The notes below the pieces were generated by a model, which was not told where the DNA came from, made no database searches, and was given only the letters and a program-made list of their open reading frames with translations. The translations under genes and the position numbers were made by a program. From Ginglymostoma cirratum (Eukaryota), in NCBI GenBank assembly GCA_024137785.1, contig JAHRHZ010000018.1, forward strand, positions 14,661,607-14,725,606: DNA of 64,000 bases, in the 5' to 3' direction. Numbering within the stretch: the stretch's first letter is position 1; each line of letters begins with the position of its first letter. Shown one piece after another: positions 52,501 through 61,500 of this stretch.

Positions 52501-55500
52501 AAACATTGGTCTAGACAGAGGAATTCTGCAGACCAGCTTTCTCCAATGCAACCTCATCTTACTTGGATAACTAAGCACCTTCTCAAAAAGAAGCAAAGGA
52601 ATATAATTATGAACAAAGGAGAAGCAAGGCAAATACCTATCGACTTTCCAGATATCGACATTCTCACCTGTAATTCCAGGACTGGATGGGTTAGATGTGT
52701 GTCTGCTTCCCTCAGACAACTGATCTACTCCTTTAGGAAGGTTGCCGTCCACAAATATATCTGTTTCATCTGCATCTTCACCAGTCCCTCCAATCTGGAG
52801 GAAATGAAGTTCTCCACCTTTTGTTTTAGAAAAAAAGAATTTTATCACGGCGCATTCCTCAGCTCCCATTCCCAAATGAGTGTCAAATTAGTTTGACCTG
52901 CAGACAACTTTTTATTGGAAACATTCACAGCCATTGCTCAATCAACCTATTTGAACGTATACACAAGTATTATATGGAAATCTGCTATTAAGGATTAATT
53001 TTAATCCCAATTAATTTTGTACCAAATGCCCATTCTATAAAGATTATGATCACTATGTACTTGATGACAATAATCATCAATTTTCAAAAATGCACTTTAA
53101 ATAACCCTTCCGGTGGTAAATAATTTTTTATTCCAGTCAACTGATTCGATTATATTTTAAGATTAATTATACTACAGCAAAACAAAGACGACTACAGATT
53201 AAGAGTCACGGTCATACAGCATGGAAACAGACCCTTCAGTCCAACAAGTCCATGCTAACCACAATCCCAAATGAAACAAGTCCCACCCGCCCGCTCCTGG
53301 CCCATGTTCCTCCAAACCTCTCCTATTCACATACTTATCCAAATATCTTTTAAGACATGGTAAATGTGCTCGCAACCACCACATCCTCTGCAAGTTCATT
53401 CCACATGCGAACCACGTTCTGTGTAAAAAATTTGCCCCTCACCTTTTTTTAAAATCTCTCTCCTCTCACCTTAAAGATATGCTCCCTAGCCTTAAAATCT
53501 CCCATCCTACAGAAAAGACAACTATCGTTAACACTATCTATATCCCTCATTATTTTATAAACTTCTATAAAAGGTCACCTCTCAACCTCCTATACTCTGG
53601 TGATAAAAGTTCCAGCCTTTCATTGTAACTCAAACCTTCCATACCTGGAAACATCCTGGTAAACCTCTTCTGAACCCTCTCCAGCTTAATAATATCCTTC
53701 TATTAACTGGGTGACCAAAACTGGACACAGTATTGCAGAAGAGGCCTCAGTTTTACTGTCTAGACTCAGGTTAAGAACTCAATCTGCATTCCATTTCATT
53801 ATAAGCATAAAACAAGCACAGATGGTACCTAACTTGTGTCTCTATAACTGCAATTTAACATGCAGGCAAAATTATATTCTTGTTGACTACACATTAGCAG
53901 TATATATTTCATGTTCACAGCATTTAACAATGCTGCTTCTTTGAACAGATTATCCAAACTGCCCTTTCTAAATGAGCCACAAAAGAAGGGCCAGACTACC
54001 ATTCTCTCAAATAACATCAAATCCAAACACACCATCATATTCTAATGTGTAACTCCCTTTAAGTGAAATGGATATGTTTTTCCAATAGTGTACTAAGTAG
54101 CAATGACAATTTTCAAAACAACAGGAATTAATTCCAGCCACTTGCTCATTTATCAAAGGAGTGAGTCATTGCAAGGACCAAGCTCTTTGGGTGGTTGCAA
54201 TAATGTCCAAGCTTTTAGACTTAACCACAGTTAACAGAAATGCTAGTCACAAGAATCTGAAGAGATTACTACTTTGATCAGTCTCAGTCTAGGCTGAAAT
54301 GGGTGGCACTGCACAAACTGCCCATAGTCCAATGTGAAAGAATTACTTCAATTTTTATTCTTAATGCAATCCTAAGCAGCTAATTTTCACAAGGGGAATT
54401 CTGAAGCAAAAACTGCTTCATTGGAATATTTTTGATAAATAAATCTATTATTTCATTCTTTTGGTACTTGAAATTGCATACCTGTCTTGGGTACCACGTA
54501 AAAATAAACTAAAGGACTCTTGACGAGCTACCAAATTCCATCACAATTTATTTTCAATGTATTGGAGCAAATGGATTTCGTTCTGATTCATTCACATACA
54601 GGATGTGGGCATTGCTGGCTCGGCCAACATTTATTGTCCATCTCTAACTGCCCTTGAAAAGATGATATAAGCTGCCTGCTTGAACTCATACAGTCCTCAA
54701 GGTGCGGGAACACCCATAAATGCTGTTAGGGAGCTTCAGAGTTTGAACCAGCAAAAGTAAACGGAGGTGATACAGTGCCAAGTCAGGAAGGCATGGGGCT
54801 TAGAGGGGAACACGCAGAGGTTGTGTTCTCATCCATCTGTTGCCCTTTTTCTTCTTGGTGGCAAGGGTGGATTTGAAAGAGCCTGTGCGAGTATCTGCAG
54901 TGCACCTTGTAGATGATACACACTGCCCCCACTGTGCATAAGTGGTGAAAGGAGTGAATACTGAGTGGTGGCTGGGGTGCCAAACGAGCAGGCTTCTTTG
55001 TCCTGGATAATATCAAGCATCTCAATTATTGTTGGATAGTCAGAGCAGGAAATCGTCTCGACTTGTTTATGCTCTATTCTCCAGCAGAGTCCATCTCCTT
55101 CTCCAATCATCATTTGCCCTGCTTTTTACAGCGAAACACATAGTTAAAGAAACTTAAAAATGTTTCCAAACACCAGTCTGAAAACAAAAATAACCTGCAG
55201 CAAATTATTTCACATCAAACCCCCTCTTTTACCAGAACATTCTGATTTCGCTTAAGCCAGGATTCCCCAAATTGTGGACTCCTGAACTGAGACAGAAATG
55301 GGTGCATTCAGCTGAGACCTATCTATATACTTTTGTAGGCTCTTTGTGCCCCCTTCCCAACTCACTTTCTTGCCTATCTTTACAAATTTAGCTACCATAC
55401 CTTTGGTCCCTCCATCCAAACCATTCATATAAACTGGAGGAGCTTAGGCCCCTGTACCAACCCCCTAAGGCACACCACACAGCAAAATATTTCAACATTC

Positions 55501-58500
55501 ATATATGGAGCAAATTGTACAATTAAGGACATAAACACCGGTGCAAAAGTCATTGGAACGTTTGCTCTATTTTCTACAGAACTAACAGAATAGTTGCAAG
55601 CTGCTGTGAAACTTTACTGAGCTCTGACATAAATCTGACAATTAAATCATTTATCAAGTTCCCTTCCTTGTCAGATCATGCACTTGATCATTGTCCCACC
55701 GTCCCATAAACAGATCAGGTTTGCACTCTTCCTTCTTTTCTTGAGACACATGCTGCCACTTTACATTCTTCTCCAGCACAACTAATAGAACAAGTTGCCC
55801 CTACTTTGTCCATTGCCATTCCTTATAGTGACATCCTTATCTTCTGCAATAAACAGCCAATGCATGCAGCACAATGAGGCAGGAATTTCTGATCTTGGAA
55901 AGTAAGATCAGAAATTCAAATCAAAAATGTGCATAAATATTTTATATTCTGGAACTACAGCAGCATAAGGTGGAAAGCAGGAAAGATAGTGAGACACAAG
56001 CCACGGCACGTTGCCATACAATTTCCTGAGGGCAAGTGATTTGTCATCATTCCACAATAGAAACAGCTGCAGTTTTACAGTGATTTGGGGAAAATAAGAA
56101 CCAGTCAGTATAGATCACTCAAGTAAAAATGATAACATTGCACAAATCAAATTTAATTCCTTGTAAAACCGACTTCATGGACATGGGCAATCTTATAAGA
56201 TTAAACAGAATATAGTTTATTAAGAGGATCGTTGATAACATCCTGTATAATGCTGAGAAAAATGATTAAGACTGATGAAATGAATTGAAAGTTAGCTAGA
56301 TTGATTTAAAGCAAGAGCAACAGCAGCTTGACAAGATAAATGTATAAAATCTGGTTTTGAAAAAACTGTCTCAGAAATTCCACTGTTATTCAAATTAAAG
56401 TACAAGAACGTATCCACAGCGAGGAAATGCCCTGATGCCACTAGGTAAATACCCAGCTCAAAAGCAAAACACAATTAAAAGGGATCTTGCCTTTTAGCAT
56501 TAATGGCTAAAACAATGTTTGACAGATTTTCATGTGGAAGAATGCAAATATATTGCACAAAAGGAGTAGGAAAATGGTCAAGGAACGAAGGAACATGTCG
56601 ACACAAAGATGGAATAGGATTGAAGAGAGTGGCTGATGACAAAAGCTTTCAGTCAAGACATATAAGAAATGGATGGGGTTACACATTAAGGGCTAAAGAA
56701 GAAATCTGGTTAATCATTGTGTCATGACCAGAATCAAAGTCAATACGTGTCAATCTATGCATCAGAAAGCTAGCTGTACATACTGCACATGTAAATTCAT
56801 CTGTAGAAAACCGTGTCACCTGTGTTCGAGCGGAAAAATTAAAAAAGTTCCATCTTGTATTATAGAAATTCCCTGATAATCTACAGATTGTGCCATTGTG
56901 CCCTGAAATGGCACAATGGCACAATCTGTGGAACACATGAGAAAACAACACAGAAAAGAATATACATAGGCCAAGAGAAGAAAATCACAAATGAACAAGA
57001 GCAGGCCATGAGGCTCTTCAAGGCTGCTCCACCATTCAATAAAATCATGAATGATCTGATTCTAACCTCACATTTTATTCCTGCACATCCTTGATCTTTC
57101 ATTCCCTTGGTAATCAATAATCTCTCTACTCTGCCTTGGAACTGTTTAAAGATCCTGCATCAACTGCCTTTTGAGGAAGGGAATTCCAGAGACTCTCAAA
57201 CCTCAAAGAATGTTTCCTCACCTGTCTTAAATAAGCAAATCTTATTTTTAAACTTTGACCTCAAGTTCTAGATTCTACAAGAGGAAACATCCTTTCCATT
57301 GTCAAGAAGCTCAGGATTGCCTTTCAATCAAATCACCTCTTACTCTTCATAATTCCACAAGATACAATCCTAGCCTCCAACTGCTGAAGTCCCCTCCAAA
57401 TCTTATATTTCAGCTAAATCACCTAACTCTAAATCTGAATCCCAGAAAAAAAAAGCCCGTCTAGTTTTTTTTCTCATAAGGCAATCCAGGTATAAAACCT
57501 CCTGACTGCTTCTAATGTATTACCATCCTTCTATAAGTACAATGACCTTTACTATATGCAGCAATCCAGACATGGTCTTCCTAATGCCCTGTATAACTGC
57601 AGCATAACCCTTCTCCTCTTTTATTCAATTCCCCTCACGATAACACGACATTCTATTAACTGTCCTAATTACATGCCGTACTTGCATGTTAATTTTCTGC
57701 AATTCATATATTAAGACACCCAGATCTCGCCACTGTGAAACCTGCCACCATTTACATAACATGCTTCTTTTTTATTCTTTCTGCTAAAATGGACAATTTC
57801 TCACTTTCCCACATTGTACTCCATTTGCCAGATCTTTGCCCATTCACTAATCCTACCTCTATACCTTTGTAGCTTCTTTATGCCCTCAACCCAACTCACT
57901 GTCCTACCTATCTTTACAAATTTAGCTGCCATACCTTGGTCCCTTCATCCAAATCATTTATATAAATTGAAGGAGCTTAAGCCCCAGCATCAACCCCTAA
58001 GGCATGCCACAGGTGACATTTTGCCAGCAGAAAAAGATCCACTTATTCCCACTCACAGCTTCCTGGTAGTCAGCTAATCTTCCATCCCTGTTACCCCAAC
58101 ACCATGAGCTTTTAATTTCCACACTAACCTTTGATATGGTACCTTATCAAATGCCTTCTGAAAATCTAAGTAGAATGCATGCATTGGTTTCCCTTTATCT
58201 ACAAATTACTTTTTCAAAGAGATCCAATAAATTAGTTAAACATGATTTCCTTTTGACAGAACCATGTTGCCTCTGCCTGATTACCTTTAAAAAAAGTTAT
58301 AACAGGGCACTTGGAAAGTTAAAGATAACTTCCAACATTTTCCCCATGACAGATGTTAAGCTAACTGGTCTGTTGTTTCCTGCTTTCTACCTCCATTCTT
58401 TTTTGAATAAAGGAGTTACATTAGTTATTTTCCAATCTAAAGGAACCTTTCCCGAATCTAACGCGCTTTTAAAAATTAAAATCAATGCGGCAACTATCTC

Positions 58501-61500
58501 ATTGGCTACTTCTTCTAAAACGCTAGGATGAAATCCATTAGGATCTGTGGACTTGTGAACTTGCAGCTCCAACACTTAGTATTACTTCCCCGGTAATTGT
58601 AATTTTGAGTTCCTCACTCCCTTTCAATTCCTGTCTTACAACTACTTTGGGGATGCTACTTGGATCTTCTTTGGTAAAGGCTGACAAAATTTCTGTTCAA
58701 TTTGTCTGCCATCTTCCGATCCTCAATTACTGATCTCCCAGACTCAGCTTCTATACAACCTGATAACTTGTTAACTGTTTTCTTGTTCTATATATTTTCG
58801 TCTAACTTTCTCCCAATTTTCCCTTCTTACTACTCTATTAATAATTCATTATTTGTTTTTTATACTCTGTCCAATCTTCTGAGCTGCCAGCTATCTTTGC
58901 ACAATTAAAAGCCTTTTCTTTGAGTTTGTTATATTTGACTTTTTCTATAAATTTAACTGCAGATGGCATGTCTGTCCCTCTGACTTTTTATTTGTTGGAA
59001 TGTATGTATTCTGCACTTTCTGGAGTATCGCGTTAAATACTTTCCACTACATCCTTAACCTTAGTTGCCAGTTCACTTATGTTAGCTGTGTTCAAGCCCT
59101 CATAATAGCCCTTGTTTAAATTAAAAAGTCATCTTGGACCCATTCTTCTCTTGCTTGGACCCAGGCAAATTGCACTTAAAATTCAATTATATTATGGTCA
59201 TTGCTACCCAGGACCCCTTTCAATAAGGGGTCAGTGATTAATCCAATTTCATTGGTCAAAATCTGATCTTGTATACAGTCTGCTCTCTATCTGAAGCAAT
59301 GATATGCTGGTCTGAGAAACTGCGCTGAAAACATTAAATGAATGTTATCTAGACACAACAAGCTACATTTAGAGTCCTTCTCACCAAGTGTTCAGAAATT
59401 TAAGATGGAGATAGAGTCGAGCAAAGGCCAAGAATGATTTTTAAGGTAAAACTTTAATTCTTGCCCAATCAACAGTATCTGAGAGGGGGAAACTGGCTTC
59501 AAAAACAACAGTATCTACAGAATCATTAATTGGCATGCCTCAAAGTAATAAGCCAACTAATTCCACTGCTAGGGAAATGAAGTGGAGATAGGGTATGTAA
59601 AGAAAGAGGACAACAGACTGACAAGAAAGGAAACAAATCAATCATATTCGTACTAATCCAGGAAGCCATCAATTCAAGCTACACAGGCTTAAGTATAAGC
59701 TTATGACCGTCAAGAGGAAAATAGAAATTTGGGGGCGTTGGGGTAAATGTGCCCTGTTTTTGTTCTAAAATTAGGAAGAACTTCAAACCAAATAAAGAGT
59801 CAAAAACCTCTATGTAAACATGCAAATTAAAACAGTAATTTGAATCAGAGGGCTTAGAAGATAGTTATGATTAAACTCTCAAATTTAAAGCAGAGCTGCG
59901 AAAATCTTTTGACAATAACTCCATTTGGAGTCAGCATTTCAACAAAAACTTCAAGCTCAAGGAACAGAGTGTGTCATGGCATTTAGCTTTATTTTTAAAG
60001 ACCTATTTTTTCACTGAATCGTGTGTTGAAAGAATGGACAGTGAAGCCATGTCCACCATTTAAAAATTAGAGGTGGGAATTCTCAGAAGACTGAGGGAGA
60101 GGAACTTCACTGGTTGCTGCCTGTCACATCTTTGCAAAAAAAAACAGTGATTTTAGTTGTTTTTTTCTGGAATGACTGCAGTTCTTCAGAAAGCATGCTA
60201 TTATGTACATATATATGAGCAGTGTGACATCAATTATATGAGGAAATCAATACTGGATATCCCTTCTGTAGTTCAGAGTATTAGTTGTCTTTATGCAGCA
60301 TTAAATCAATGATTTTTGTCTGTTACAGTAAAAGTCTTAAATCCCGAAATCTTATTGTGCGAGTCGTTTAAGTTGGTCATCGGGAATTTAAATATTTCTT
60401 TCGAAGTTAATGACTTCTGATATCTCTGTAGAGATCATAAAATAAATAAGCCAATATTTGCTGCTGTTGTAACAGGAAAAACATGGTTAGCTTCAAAAGA
60501 TATGTAAAATACCAATTCACTCACCTCAAACACCCTGCATCAATGATAGTATATCTTAACAGGATTGTATAACAAGCTTTCAACTGCAGTTTGACAACAC
60601 AGATCATACGTAACACAATGCCCAATTATGGAAAAGAGTGCTCTTACAAACATTATAAAAATTACACCAAATGGGTAAAAATTCACAAGGGAATCATTAG
60701 ATACAGAAAACATTTCAAATTAAAAGTTGAAAACTTCAGAGTCTTGCTTTTTAAACAATTACACATTTTTTAAGACAAAGGTTGAGTGAAGCTTTCTTAC
60801 CATCGGTGCAAGCACAAAGTCTGTCTGTTCCAGAGCAGTACACCACTGAGATAAAAGGATCTAGTTCATTACTGCTCTCTTTCCTAGGTGGCTCCACATT
60901 AGCCAGAGTTTCAAAGTTTGAGAGATCTAAAATTTTAATAAATCCTCCCTGAGTAGTGACCACTAAGTGCCCCAGATTAGATGCATTAGATTTCTTTTCC
61001 CTCACAATTCCGTTTTTTGAAGTCAAAGTTGCTTCATCTATTAACTCCTCACAATCCTCTTCTTTATTATCCAACACATCTGGTGGAAGTAATATTAGTG
61101 AGGTAACCGCATCTTGTGGATCTTTGATATGCTGTACTTTGACAGGTTGCTCTTCTAAAGTTACTATCCTTGTGCTGTAATTAATCTTATAAAGCAGAAG
61201 ATAACCACCACTCAGAGTTCTTTCCTCAGGCTGAATTATGAGTGGACTTTTTGTGTCAGTTGGTGACTCTTCCTGAAGAAAACCAATATCTGCATTAATC
61301 CCTATTGTAAGGTTTGATTCTAAATCTCCTTTACTTCTATTACACAGTGCAGAGTTCAACTTATTTAAATTATTCAAGGCCTCTACTTGACTTATTGCAC
61401 TCAAGGGTGTAACAGGACAAGTCCGTAGTCCTATCAAAAGATGAATTCCGTCAGCACAGGGTGTGATAGAATCAACATGGAGGTTCTCCTCTTCAGCAAA

